From positions 1,242,001-1,306,000 of the forward strand of contig NC_045697.1 in NCBI RefSeq assembly GCF_009834535.1: a stretch of DNA of 64,000 nucleotides. The letters run 5' to 3'. A program made the position numbers and the translations under genes. Shown here one piece after another: positions 1 through 13,465 of the stretch. Each line of letters begins with the position of its first letter. The stretch's first letter is position 1. Origin of the DNA: Camelus ferus. Taxonomy: Eukaryota. Under the pieces are notes generated by a model that ran no database searches, was not told the DNA's origin, and saw nothing but the letters and a program-made list of their open reading frames with translations.

Positions 1-564
1 ATTCCATTAAGACCACCTAAAATGCAGTCTTTAGACTGGCAGTCCACATTAAAAACAGGCAATACATTCTTGGATCAGGAATAGTCTTGAAAGTATTATC
101 TGTATCTTCTCTATTCTCCACAAAGTTTACTTAGTATGTAACACAGGCCACATATAAATCAAGCACTCAAGAAGTACTTGATGTAATAATTGATAAATAA
201 GCTACTTCAAATTATTTTACACTAACTCTTAAAATAATTTCTAATTGTCCAAATACTACACTTCTAGCCCAACTAATACAGTCCAGCATTTAAGTATTTT
301 CACTCCTAAGAAACTAATTGAAACAGCATTATACATCATCTGAGCAACCACTTCTACACTGAAGTCAAAGCACTGCAGAAATGTTGAGTCCCCAGGACCC
401 AACCTCTAAGATGAGCAATGGCCAATGGAGACCTGATGTTCTCTGTGGTATAAGCGTGAACACCAAAACAGTCTCAAAGTCTACAGCAGGGAATTGCCAG
501 GGAAGACAGCTTGAGTGGCAGAATTTTACTTTATAGACAAATATGAGGGGATTCAACTATTTCA

Positions 565-872
565 TTTATTAAGTACACAGTTTTAACAATGCTGACTATA
601 AAATTTTTAAATATTTAAGAGCAGAAAATTTCTCTCTCTTAAAAAAAGTAGAGATGTAATTAGCTCTATTAAAAATATCTGCATTGACATAATGCTTTTC
701 CCCTGTAAGTTATAAGTTACCAGGACTAAGTGACACCAAGCAAACGTTCACGTCATAAAAAACTCTGGTACTCTGAACAAACGTAAGAAAAAAACCAAAT
801 TGATATAATACTTGAATTAATTCAGTGAAATGCTCTATTGACTTTGAAGTCAAAATTTTCATAGTGTTTATT
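565..872 (-). terminator. Two AATAAA poly(A) signals in the HAUS3 3' UTR (872-867 and 570-565)
   Basis: TTTATT on the + strand at 565-570 and 867-872, about 75 and 380 nt past the stop codon. Confidence 0.6.
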
Positions 873-947
873 GGCTATACTCTCCTTTTAATAATATAAA
901 ACATTGAAATACAGCATATACAGTAAAGATTCCATTTTTAGTAATTT

Positions 948-1181
948 TCAATCTTCAAGACCAATGGTCTTAATCTTTGATTGGTTTTCTAAATTCTCCA
1001 CAGTATCTTTCAGATAATCTTCATCTTTTAAAAAATACACATATAATTCTCTTTCCATTTGATGCAGTTTATTAGATGCCAAAATTTTTCTTTTTGTCTT
1101 CACGTCAGCAAGAATATCAGTAAGAAGATGATTTAGCTTATTTAGTTGAGATTCAACTTGATGAAACTGCTCCATTAACTC
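948..1181 (-). CDS. HAUS3: HAUS3 last coding exon (234 nt, ELMEQFHQVESQ...IGLED*)
   Basis: Acceptor cctttttag|GAG, TGA at 950-948. Spliced CDS 909+440+229+234=1812 nt = 603 aa + stop. Confidence 0.96.
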   Translation of the reverse strand, partial: ELMEQFHQVESQLNKLNHLLTDILADVKTKRKILASNKLHQMERELYVYFLKDEDYLKDTVENLENQSKIKTIGLED

Positions 1182-1454
1182 CTAAAAAGGAAAATAATAA
1201 TGGTTTTAATGCAAGAGCTCTATTCATAACACCAATTATAAATCTGAAATGTAGCTTACACAGAAAGAATCTAAATCATATAATTATTCCCACAATTTTA
1301 ACAATAAATGAACTTCAAATAAAAATCCACAGCATGTTTAATAAAAACTCCATATAAGATCCATTGCAACAACTTCCTGTACGTAATTTTAAGTGAGTCA
1401 AAGCACTCTTACTCCCTGAAGATTATTTGATATGTAAGGTGTTCTGCATATTTA

Positions 1455-1560
1455 TACATTCAACAAATATTACTGAATGCCTACCACATGCCACACACTG
1501 TTTTAGAGACTACAAATATAAGAATGAATGCTGTTTCCTTCATGGAGTTTACATTCTGTT
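1455..1560 (-). mobile_element. L2 3'-end fragment
   Basis: CATTCAACAAATATTACTGAATGCCTACCACATGCCA...CTTCATGGAGTTTACATTCT is a typical L2 tail. Confidence 0.65.
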
Positions 1561-2559
1561 AAGTAACCAAATCTTGTTTTAACCTAATCTCTGTTTACTC
1601 AGACATTGAAGTACAGAGAAAAACCTTGAAATGAAGCAATTACAAATAAAAAAGGAACTACTTTAACAAACATCTCTGTTTTTCTTTTCTCTTATTGTTA
1701 CAGAAGATGGAACTATATGTGACATTCAACAATCCTGACTTACCATGCAATTCTTCTCAAGAACCTAGACATGCTGGACTCTTCACATTTAACACATTGC
1801 AATTCCTCATTTCTTAGAATTAAAGGCAGTTTATTAGCAAGTTGCCATGGCTTTCTAATCATGTATTCTACTCCTATAATTTTTCAGGCAGTATTACCAA
1901 GAGGTTCTCAGAAAATCTGGAGCTGTAACTACCTCAACCTTCCATGGCTTCTCAGCATGGCCCACAGCATGGTAATCACCAGGTACGTTTACTCTGAATA
2001 GATTCCTGTATCTCACTTCACACTAAATTCCTCAAACTCTTCAACAGGGCAGGAAGCCACGTTTCAACAGGATCCCTGGTGCTTCTAATGTACAAGCTCA
2101 ATAAAAACAGCTTCACACCTGTCACAAACGCCAGTTCCAGAGAGTAGTACTTCATAAACTACATTTTAAAAAAATGAGTAATACCTACATTAAGTGGTCT
2201 CCCTTTGAAGAAAAACTGTAAACTTGAATGCAGTGAGAAACATCTCACCTTTAATTTCAATACTCAAGACCTTTAAAATTGCTAATACTCCTACAAATAT
2301 TAAAAAATATTCAATTTCATTAATAATAAAAATGCAAGTTAAAATTGATACAAATGACATTTTATCCCTCACTGGCTAAGGAAGAATTGTAAATAATGAT
2401 ACCCAATTAGGTTATAGTGAAATCACCATATTTTAGTGATTCTAGGATGCAACCTTTCACATTTTAATATATCAGTATACACTGTATATTTAGGAGCATC
2501 ATGTTACTGTTATTGATCAGACACTCATAAGAAGTGCTTTACCATTTTTTTTAAAAAAT

Positions 2560-2650
2560 GGGGGGATGGGTATAGGTCAGTGGCAGAGCAGTGCTTAGCA
2601 TGCACAAAGTCCTGGGTTCGATCTCTAGTATCTCTAGTTTAAAAAAAAAT
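2560..2650 (+). mobile_element. tRNA-derived SINE (Vic-1-like, camelid type)
   Basis: GGGGGATGGGTATAGGTCAGTGGCAGAGC (A box) ... GTCCTGGGTTCGATCTC (B box) and A tail. Confidence 0.8.
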
Positions 2651-2657
2651 TCGGTTG

Positions 2658-3480
2658 TTTTGGTAAGAGCACAAGAGATTTCCCCTCAACAGATTCAAGT
2701 GTACAACACAGGATTGAGAACTGTACGCACAACACTGCACAGCAGATCTCCAGAACCTGTCCACCTTGCCTAACTAAAACTTCATACTTGTTGATTAACA
2801 ACCACTCATCCACAGCAACCACCACTCTACTCTGGGCTTCTAGAAATGAGTCCATTTTAGAGACCTCGTATAAGTAGATTCATGCAAGATTCCCTTGTGA
2901 TTGGCATTTCACTTAGCATAATCTCCTCAACGTTCATCCATGTTGTCCCATATTGCAGTATTTTTTAAGGCTGAATAATACTCCACTGTATGAATATACT
3001 ACATTTTCTTTATCCATTCCCCTACTGATGGACTTTTAGGCTGTTCCCACATCTCAGTTACTACGAGCAGTGTTGCAATGAACCTGTGAGTGCAAATATC
3101 TCTTCAACATCCTGTTTTCCTTTGGATATATACCCAGAAGTAGGAGTGCTGAATCATACAATAGTTCTGTTTTCAAAAATTTCAAGGAACTTCCATACTG
3201 TTTTCCACAGCAGCTGCACCATTCTGCATTTCCACCAATAATGTACAAGAGTTCCGAGTTCTCCACATCCTCCCTAACATCTGTCTCTTGGTTTTTTGGT
3301 AATAGCTATTCTAACAAGTATAAGGTGATATCTCATTGTAGTTTTGATTTGCACTTGCCTGATGATTAGTGACATCAAGCATCTACTCATATACCTATTG
3401 GCCATTTTGTAAGCCTTCTTTGGAGAAATACCTATTCAAGTCTTTAGCCCATTTTAAAATCAGGTTATTATTTTTTTTGT
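2658..3480 (-). mobile_element. Old LINE-1 3' fragment (L1MA-like)
   Basis: Degenerate ORF2 C-terminal peptide (LLYDSALLLLGIYPKE) and L1 3' UTR; boundaries approximate. Confidence 0.8.
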
Positions 3481-4476
3481 TAACACTGACATTCTTGATA
3501 CACAAGGTGAAAAAATATAAAAAATACTTTGAGTCAAGAAATAACATAGAAGATCTAGACACTAAGGGTGAAGCTTTAGAAAAACTTTAACCATTTTAAT
3601 TGACTTTTTTCTTTTTAATGTACAGTCAAAAGTGACCTGATAAAAATCTATGTCTACCCACACCTAAAAGATATCTTCTAATAGGTATAAAATAAAAGTT
3701 CTAAATAAGAAAAATACTGTTAATTTAACTAAAAAAGTTTCTTTCTTAGCAATTCATGAAGTGATGGTATGTCATATAACAAATGGTGTCCAGTAGACAT
3801 TTAAATAGTGCTGGTGGCATTGTAAATAGGTACAACTCCTTTGAAAAGTAATATGGCAGTATCAAAGGTCTTTAAACAATGTATAAACCCAGGAAACCCA
3901 ATAATTCTACTTCTGAGAGTTCATCCAAATGAAAGTACCCAACAACAAAAAGCTATATACACAAGATATACATGATACCATTTAAGAGCAAACAAAAGAA
4001 AAAAATGAAGACTATCAAAACATCCAATGATGGTGGACTGGTTACAAAAATTATGACAGTAATTAAGTCAATAGAGTATTGTAACATTAAAAGTTAACAA
4101 AATTACATAGAGTGAAAATGTTTATTTCATAATGCTAAGTAAAAAGAATATAAAAGATACATAAGTAAAGGTAAAAAGCATTACCTTGCAAATACTAACC
4201 AAAAGAAAGATCGCATAGGAATATTAACAGACAAAAAGAACAACAGAGTCGTTATATAACACTAAAATGGTTCAGTCCACTGCAATTTAAATCTACCAAG
4301 ATAATAATTCACTGCAATTTTAAACTTGGATATAACTTATAAAATAAACTCAAATTTAAAGAAAAAACTGATAAAGCTACAATGAGAAATTTTCAAATCC
4401 ACCATCATAGGATTTTTACATAATTATCTAATAGATCGAGAAAGTAAAATCATCGATTTTTTAAAAACTAATCACA

Positions 4477-5182
4477 GATACCACTTCACATCCATTAGGA
4501 TGGCTATTATATATTTTTTTTAAAAAGGGAACATAACAAATGTAGGCAAAGATGTGGAGAAACTGGAACTCCGGTGCAGTTGCTGTGGAAATGTTAGGCA
4601 GTTCCTCAAAAAGTTAAACACACACTTACTGTATGATCCAGCATCCATTCCTATAGGTATACACCCAAAAGAAATGAAAACAGACTCAAATATGTGTACA
4701 CCAATGTTCACAGCAGCATTATTCACAACAGCCAAAAGGTGTAAACAACCCAAGTGTCTATTAACAAATGAACAGATAAACAAAACGTGTTATGTACACA
4801 TAATGGAATATTCAGCTACAAAAATAAATAAAATTCTGACACATGCTACAATATGGATGAAACTTAAGGACATTATTCTGAGATAAGTGAAACACAAAAG
4901 GACACATATAATTCTACTTATATGAGGTAACTAAAATAGGCAAATTCAGAGACAAAGTGGAATAAAAGTTACCAGGGGATGGGGAAAAAGGAGGGATGAG
5001 GAGTTAATATTCAATAGGCACAGAGTTTGGACCATTTGGGAGGATGAAAAAATTCTGGAAATGCATAGTGGTCATGGCTGCATGACATTGTGAATGTGTT
5101 TAATGTCATTGAATTGGACACTAAAAATGGTTAAAAATGTAAATTTTACATTTTATGTATTTTGCCACAATAAAAAAATTTA
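4477..5182 (+). mobile_element. Old LINE-1 3' fragment (L1MB-like) with intact 14-bp TSD
   Basis: Peptide YDPASIPIGIHPKEMK..CTPMFTAALFTTAK; TSD AAAAACTAATCACA at 4463-4476 and 5183-5196. Confidence 0.85.
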
Positions 5183-5904
5183 AAAAACTAATCACAAGCC
5201 TTATTTTAAGAAAGGTTAAGGTAGGTATTCAGATCAATTCTTCCATGGGAAAAAACATAAAAGGCTAAATGAAATATTTAAAGAGTCAAAACAAAAGCTT
5301 CCTAAAAGCAACAAAGAGATAAGATATTAAAAGGAACCACCAGTCCAATAAAACAGCCCAGATTGGTAAGGGAGGAGCGCTGCTTTACTCAACTGCCAAT
5401 CATGGAAAAATAGAACCCATGATTCTTGAGACTTACAAGATGAGTGGGAGAAAAATCGAAGTCCAAGGTCCACAGAAAGTAGGAAGTCAGAGGAGACCCT
5501 CTTCATAATAAACTAAGAACTCAAAGGACCCCAACAATCTTAAGATCAGGATGGCCAGAAGTGGAAGAGCCCTTGGTTAGAAATATAGCCCAGACAGAAA
5601 TCAACTGGGTCCTCCAAAGACTCTTGGAGCTTGAACCCAGTTTGTGGCTCAAAATTGGTAGTGCCCATAGTATCTAACAAAACATACATGAAGTCAAAAA
5701 ACATTTAAAGATAATTTATTTCAAAATATTAAGAGGGTCCCTTCACTAGAAAAATACTGATTTTAAATTTGTACGCTTCAACAAATGGTGATAAGACAAT
5801 TTGGTTATTTATGGGGAAAAATAGTAACATCAGAACTCAATCTCTCATGCTATATATAAAAATAAACTCCTGGTGGATTAAAGAATTAAAATTGAACAGC
5901 ATAA

Positions 5905-6085
5905 ACAGCAAGTTTACACTGTATAGCACAGGGAACTATATTCAATATCTTGTAGTAACTTACGGTGAAAAAGAATATGAAAATAAATATAGGTATGTTC
6001 GTATATGACCAAAGCATTATGCTGTACACCAGAAATTGACACAACATTGCAAACTGACTATACTTCAATGAAAATATATATACAA
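5905..6085 (+). mobile_element. Very short 5'-truncated LINE-1 (3' UTR only)
   Basis: ACTGTATAGCACAGGGAACTATATTCAATATC...TACTTCAAT; TSD AAAA(T/C)TGAACAGCATAA at 5888-5904 and 6086-6102. Confidence 0.85.
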
Positions 6086-6122
6086 AAAACTGAACAGCAT
6101 AACTTTAAGACAAAGTAAAATG

Positions 6123-7476
6123 AGTCTCTCTTCAGCAAGTGGTGCTGGGAAAACTGGACAGCTGCATGTGAGTCAATAAAGTTAGAATACTCCCTCACAC
6201 CACACACAAAATAAACTCAAAATGGCTTAAACACTTCAACATAAGACAGGACACCATAAATCTGGAAGAAAACATAGGCAAAACATTTTGTGACATTAAT
6301 CTTGGCAATATTCTCCTAGGTCAGCCTACCAAGGCAACAGAAATAAAAGCAAAAATAAACAAATGGATCTAATTAAACTTATAAGCTTTTGCACAGCAAA
6401 GGAAACCATAAACAAACCAAAGAAACAACCTACGGAATGGGAGAAAACATCTGCAAATGATGCAACTGACAAGGGCTTAATTTCCAGAATATATAAACAG
6501 CTCATACAACTTATTTAAAAAAAAAACAAACCCCAAAAACCCCAATCCAAAAATGAGCAGAAGGCCTAAACAAGCAATTCTCCAAGACATATGAATGGCA
6601 AATAGGCACATGAAAAAATGCTCAGTATCGCTAATCATCAGGGAAATGCAAATCAAAACTACAATGAAGTATCACCTCACCCCAGTCAGAATGGTCACCA
6701 CTCAAAAGTCCACAAAAGATAAATGCTGGAGAGGGTGTGGAGAAAAGGGAACCCTCCTACACTGCTGGTGGGAATGTAGTTAGGTGCAGCCATTATGGAA
6801 AACAGTATGGAAATTCCTCAAAAAACTAAAAATCCTTACCATGTGATCCACCAATCCCACTTCTGGAGGGAACCCTATATATCTGGAGGGAACTCTAACG
6901 CAAAAAGATACATGCACCCCAATGCTCATAGCAGCACTATATACAATAGCCAAGACATACAAGTAACCTAATGTCCATTGACAGATGACTGGATAAAGAA
7001 GCTGTGATATACAATGGAATACTACTCTGCCATAAAAAGAATAAAATAATGACATTTGCATCAACCTGGATGGACCGAGACCGTCATTCTAAGTGAAGTA
7101 ATCCAGAAAGAGAAAGAAAAATACCATACATCACTCATATGTGGAATCTTTAAAAAAAAAGGACACTATGAACTCATCTACAAAACAGAATCAGACTTGC
7201 AGACATAGTAAACAGTCTTATGGTTACCGGGGAAAGGGGGTGGGAGGGGATAAATCTGGGAGTTTGAGATTTACAAATGTTAGCCACTATATATAAAAAT
7301 AGATTTCTTAAAAAAAGTTTTTTTGTATAGCACAGGGAACTATGTTCAGTATCTTATAATAATCTTTAATGGAAAAAATATGAAAATGAATATATGTATA
7401 TGCATGACTGGGACATTGTGCTGTACACCAGAGACTGACTGACACACTGTAATTGACTGTACTTCAATTAAAAAAA
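6123..7476 (+). mobile_element. 5'-truncated LINE-1 (ORF2 3' part, 3' UTR, poly A)
   Basis: Peptide [23 protein letters not shown]...HCWWEC; TSD AAGA(C/T)AAAGTAAAATG at 6107-6122 and 7477-7492. Confidence 0.92.
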
Positions 7477-7933
7477 AAGATAAAGTAAAATGGACTATTA
7501 TTATGATATTACAGGCAAACTTTGAGTGATAAATGACATTAAAATTAAAGTCTTTTGAAAAAGCCAAAACCGAACAGCAAACAGTAAAAAAGGGGGGAAA
7601 AAAGCCACAAACAAGGTGCAAATATATGTAACACAAATAACTGACAAAGGTCTGGCATTTGAAACATATAAATAACTCCTACTGAAAGGGGGTTCAACCT
7701 CCCTAATAATCAGAGGAATGCAAATTACAACCACAATGGGATATTATTTTATATATATACAGATTGAGAGAAATTTATAAATCACACAATGTTAAGTGAT
7801 GGAAAGGATGTAGATAAATAGCATCCCTTAGATGCTGCTGGTACAATATGGTACAACCACTTTGGAATCAATTTGATGTATCCTGTAAAACTGAACCTGT
7901 TATCCACTAATTCCACTTCTGAGTGAGGTGAGA

Positions 7934-7934
<1 letters not shown>

Positions 7935-7981
<47 letters not shown>
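7935..7981. repeat. (TG)n(CG)n compound microsatellite
   Basis: About 18 perfect TG units followed by CGCGCGCGC. Confidence 0.95.
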
Positions 7982-7984
<3 letters not shown>

Positions 7985-8535
7985 TGTGCAGGTATGCATC
8001 TATGAGATATACAAGACTATCCACAGCAGTATGATCTACAATGGCAAAAACTGGAAACAATCTAAATATCTGTCAATAGGACAGATAATTAAATTGTAGA
8101 ATTTCATATAAGGAAATACTAACTATACAAAAGATAACTATAAATGAGCTATAGCTTTATGTATATCAACATGGATGAATCTCAAAATCATATAAAGAAA
8201 CAAGCAGATTACTGAAAAATTCATACAACACAATGCATATTAACTTCAGAAACATACAAAACTAAATAACATGCAGTCTGTGTTATAAACAAGAGAGCAA
8301 ACGACAAAATTAATTGTAGTAGTTACTCCTTGAAGAAGAGGGGAATGCTATTAGGAGCAGCATGCTATTATTCAACATACACAGAATTTCAGATATAAGG
8401 ACAATCCTATATTTACTAAGAGAGGTGAAAAAAATACAGGGTTAAAAAAGAATCCTCAGTGTAAACATCACACATCCTTTCACATCTGACATATTTTATA
8501 AATTTTTAAAATTCTGTGTACACTGATCAAAACTT

Positions 8536-10098
8536 GAAACCACAAAAGACCTAGAATTGCCAAAGCATTACTGAAGAAAAAGAAAGAGGCTGGAGGAATA
8601 ACTCTCCCAGACTTCAGACAATACTACAGAGCTACAGTCATCAAGACAGCATAGTACTGGTACAAAAACAGACATATGGACCAATGGAATAGAATACAGA
8701 GCCCAGAAATGAACCCACAAACTTTTGGTCAACTAATCTTCAACAAAGGAGGCAAGAAAATACAATGGAATAAAGACAGTCTCTTCAGCCAATGGTGTTG
8801 GGAAAACTGGACAGCAGCATGTAAAGCAATGAAGCTAGAACACTCCCTTACACCACACACAAAAATAAACTCAAAATGGATCAAAGACTTAAACATAAGA
8901 CAAGATACAATAAACCTCCTAGAAGAAAATATAGGCAAAACATTATCTGACATACATCTCAAAAATGTTCTCCTAGGGCAGTCTACCCAAGAAATAGAAA
9001 TAAAAGCAAGAATAAACAAATGGGACCTAATTAAACTTACAAGCTTCTGCACAGCAAAGGAAACCATAAGTAAAACAAAAAGACAACCTACGGAATGGGA
9101 GAAAATTTTTCCAAATGAAACCGACAAAGGCTTCATCTCCAGAATATATAAGCAGCTCATACGACTTAATAAGAAAAAAACAACCCAATCCAAAAATGGG
9201 CAAAAGACCTAAACAAGCAATTCTCCAAGGAAGACATACAAATGATCAATAGGCACATGAAAAAATGCTCAATACCAGTAATTATCAGAGAAATGCAAAT
9301 CAAAACTACAGTGAGGTATCACCTCACACCGATTAAAATGGCCATCATTCAAAAATCCACAAATGACAAATGCTGGAGAAAAGGGAACCCTCCTACACTG
9401 CTGGTGGGAATGCAGTTTGGTGCAGCCACTGTGGAAAACAGTTCGGAGATTCCTCAAAAGACGACGAACAGACTTACCATATGACCCAGGAATCCCGCTC
9501 CTGGGCACATATCCAGAAGGAACCCTACTTCAAAATGACACCTGCACCCCAATGTTCATAGCAGCATTATTTACAATAGCCAAGACATGGAAACATCCTA
9601 AATGTCCATCAACAGATGACTGGATAAAGAAGATATGGTATACTTATACAATGGAATACTGTTTAGCCATAAAAACCGACAACATAATGCCATTTGCAGC
9701 AACATGGATGTTCCTGGAGAATGTCATTCTAAGTGAAGAAAGCCAGAAAGAGAAAGAAAAATACCATATGAGATCGCTCATATGCGGAATCTAAAAAACA
9801 AAAACCACATAAATACAAAACAGAAACAGACTCATAGACATAGAATACAAACTTGTGGTTGCCAGGGGGACGGGGGGTGGGAAGAGACTGGGATTTCAAA
9901 ATGTAGAATAGATAAACAAGATTGTACTGTGTAGCACAGGGAAATATATACAGGATCCTGTGGTGGCTCACAGTGAAAGAGAATGTGACAATGAATGAAT
10001 GTATGTATGTTCATGTATAACTGAAAAATTGTGCTCTACACTTGAATTTGACACATTGTAAAATGACTATAACTCAATAAAAAAAAGTTAAAAAAAAA
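8536..10098 (+). mobile_element. Relatively young 5'-truncated LINE-1 (ORF2 C-terminal region with frameshifts, 3' UTR, poly A)
   Basis: ORFs 8676-9212 and 9363-9794 are L1 ORF2 peptides ([39 protein letters not shown]). Confidence 0.95.
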
Positions 10099-10263
10099 CT
10101 GAAAAATATGTATGTGAACAAAAACGAGATATAAAAAAATAAACGCTACACTAGGGCAATGGGATTGGGGGTAATATTTTCCTCATGTTAACATTTTCTT
10201 TAGTATCTTTTGCAATGAATATTATTTTTTACAGCATTTTAAATTACTATGGCAAGCACTCAC

Positions 10264-10492
10264 CTGATCACTAAGCAAAAGCTGATTTCTTCCTTGATAC
10301 AAAGCATCACAGAGCATGTCTACATCATTATTTAGTTTGGACAGAAAGAAAGAATGTTCTTGAGCAGATACTGCCAACTGCTCTTGTACCAAAGAAACAT
10401 CCTGTTTTAATTTCTCGGCCACTTCCTCCAGGCTTCCGTGGGTTATAAACAATTCTTTTTTCTTATTCTCTCCTTCTAAAAGTTGATAAAGC
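10264..10492 (-). CDS. HAUS3: HAUS3 coding exon 3 (229 nt, LYQLLEGENKKKELFITH...LLLSDQ)
   Basis: Acceptor cattttag|G, donor CAG|GTGAGT; phases consistent. Confidence 0.96.
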
Positions 10493-12036
10493 CTAAAATG
10501 TGAAAATAAAAATTATAGGAAAAAATTCTCAAGTCAGTACTTTTCAAAATTAATTATAATCCACTACATTAAGGCATCTTTGAGGACACTACCAACTTAA
10601 AAATATTAATCAGTCTGCTACTAAATCAAGCAACTAAAAATATTCCAACTAAAATACTATCTCTTACAGAAATGTATATTCTAATTATTGTATCTGAATC
10701 CCCAGTTTTTCCATCTCCCAAGTTTTAGACATAAAATCCTTTTTGACTTTAACTGCCATTAATCTACTTCAAAGTACGTTTCAGAGATACATCCTTCTTT
10801 CACAGAACAAAACTAAGATGTACTAGAAACAGCAATGAACTAGAAACAGAAGACCTGGCTCTGAGTTCTGGCTGTTATGTGAGACCTAAGTCAAGTCAAC
10901 CTCTAAAACTTAATTTCACATCTTAATACCTACCTAATTTTAAAGGATTGTGATACTTAAAAGAAAAAAAAGTAAGTAATACAACAATGTAAAATGTTTT
11001 AAAGAGTAAATAATAAACTATATAAACAGTAACAGTAAACTTGCTACTCCAGTTATGTTCACATTTGCTTGACAAGTTAAATTCTTGATGAGCCATGAGA
11101 CCACTTTAACACTTCAAACATTAATGGCAGAAAAACCCTATGAGGTAAGTGGAAAAATGTGAGGCAGCATCTTCTACACATATCTGACAAAAAGGGCCTG
11201 CTGTTTTTCTTAGAATTAAAAAAAACTATTATTTTAATTATTTTAACAAGTTGCAACAGTTGTCCTAAAACTGGCTCAAAGCCCAAGGCTGGCAATTTTA
11301 TTCTTGTGGAATGTAACTACACAATTCCAGGGGGCACCATTCACACAGATAACGACATCAACGCCACCGTCTGAAACCATGCAACGAGGCAGCCCTACCC
11401 ATGTCCTCTCATTTCATTAATAAGAAAACAAAATGATTAAGTGATTTTCCTCTAGTCTAGAAAAAAATCAGGAGTAGGATCCAGATTTTTGAGTCCTTTG
11501 ACTACTTTAGCCTCCAATTTCAGAATCCTCATACTGAATTCCTTAGACATCTAGAAAAAGATTGGGAGCTAACATTCTTTGCTGATACACCTGACTACAC
11601 ACAAAAATGAAGTCTTCTCCCCTCTCTACTGCTGCCTTCTCCAGATGCAGTCAATTCTCTGCTCAGCATTATTTACTATACACCAAGCTGTATTCAAACT
11701 TCCTGTTGCAGTTAAACTTCTGTTCCAAATCTAAAAGCATCTAAATAATAGTGCCTAAATATGAATAAAAGCCTTATAATTGTATATATTCAATCCTCCA
11801 ACCCATCCACCTCACCTCTAAAAAGCAGCTACTTCCAGATTTAACGTGAATGAAAGAGTGCAAAAGTTAAAAAGGAAATAGAAGCACGTAACAGAAAGGT
11901 GGAAGAAGAGAACAGAAAGGCCAAAAGTGGAGTGCAAATTTTTTTTTAACTTCCATAATTTTAGTTCAACCTCTCTTTAGTACTTTACAAAATCAAAGGA
12001 AAAATAATTACTCACTAAAGAAACAATGAAGCATAC

Positions 12037-12476
12037 CTGTGAGTAGAATAATCCCTGGTATCAATGGTATTCCTTGGATTTATCTTGGGAGATACTGATG
12101 GGTCTGCTAGCATTTCTAATCGCTGGTGGAGCATCATATTACTGTGACTAAGTTCTTGAACCAAGTTTTCAAGTTGACGATATATGTCCCAGTGCTTTCT
12201 CAATTCAATTTCATAAGATAACTGTAGAAGTTCAAATGATGCCTTTTGCTTTATCAACTGATTTAAAACTAACTCTTGTCTTGCTGTATAATAGTCTTGT
12301 TTAGCAATCTGCAGGTCAAAATCTCCCTTTACAACTGGCATATTCAGTAACTGGGCATTCTCTTTCACCACAGCGGGTAAACTTTTGTCTTTTATATGAG
12401 TGATCTGTTCTTCAAGTTTCAGAATCTCACTGTTCAAGCCAGAAATTTTAGCATCCAAATTATCTTTGCCAACAGC
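12037..12476 (-). CDS. HAUS3: HAUS3 coding exon 2 (440 nt, AVGKDNLDAK...DYSTHR)
   Basis: Acceptor tttctttgtgtag|GCT, donor CAG|GTATGC; phase 0 in, phase 2 out, matching neighbouring exons. Confidence 0.96.
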
Positions 12477-13465
12477 CTACACAAAGAAACAATTAAATTT
12501 CAAACTATAATTATATAGTTTTAAAATTATTTTCACTTTCCATTTTAGGTTATCAGATAAGATACTAATAAAACTAATTCCATACTAGCAAAAGCCAAAA
12601 TTACAGTTTAAAAAGGAAGTGTGGACTAACCCAAGGGTAAAGCCAGTATGAACTGCTAAATTTTAATGTTATTACTACTGGGTAAAATACTATTACACAG
12701 TAATGGCTACCAAAATAAAGATCTTGTCATGTTTGTCTTACTCATTAAAAATCATCAGCACACTACTCACTGAATGCTAATGTATACTATTTAAATTTTT
12801 CTTAAAATTAAAATAACCTCAGTAGCTATTCTCCTAGCCTATTTGCTGATTTTAGGAGTTTGACAGAATGACAGGCCTTCATACATCATTCCAAAGTTTG
12901 TGTCAGTTACAGGTTTCAGTTTCAGAAAAGTTGTATTATTACTCAACTTTCTAGTGGTTACATTACCAAGAAAGCAAGCTTTGCAACAATGCAGATAGAT
13001 ATCTATAATACAACCAAATGTTCCCAAAAATAGAATCAGGGTTCCAATCCACTGATCAGGATCTCTAATTTCATTAGCACCATCCTCTGGTCAGAGCAAA
13101 CAAGGAAGAATACCCATAACACAGCAATAAGACTCTTTACCCATACATCATAAAAAAGGAGATTTCAGTGTCATCTGTATCTGAACCAACAAAAATTTCA
13201 AATTCAGAATGCAAAAGTACTTTTGTTTAAAATTAGCTAGATAATGTGGTTGGGACCATAATTATTATTTCTGCCCTCCACTAATACGAAGGTCTATTTG
13301 TCTGAAACAATGATATGTATCACAACTATAAACTGAACAAACAGAAAATAAGAAAATGTAATTACTTATTATATCCCCCTTTCTAAAGTACTTTAATATC
13401 AATATTATATTCTCCACTACTAACAACAATTTCAATATGAATCCAGTTTCATTTCTCATGTTTAC

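Noticed and set aside
8676..9794. Possible active reverse-transcriptase gene
   Set aside because: Frameshifted C-terminal L1 ORF2 fragment lacking the endonuclease and RT core.
13265..13465. 66-codon extension of the 369-aa HAUS3 ORF
   Set aside because: Read-through past the donor at 13466 into the intron; the spliced model gives the expected 603 aa.
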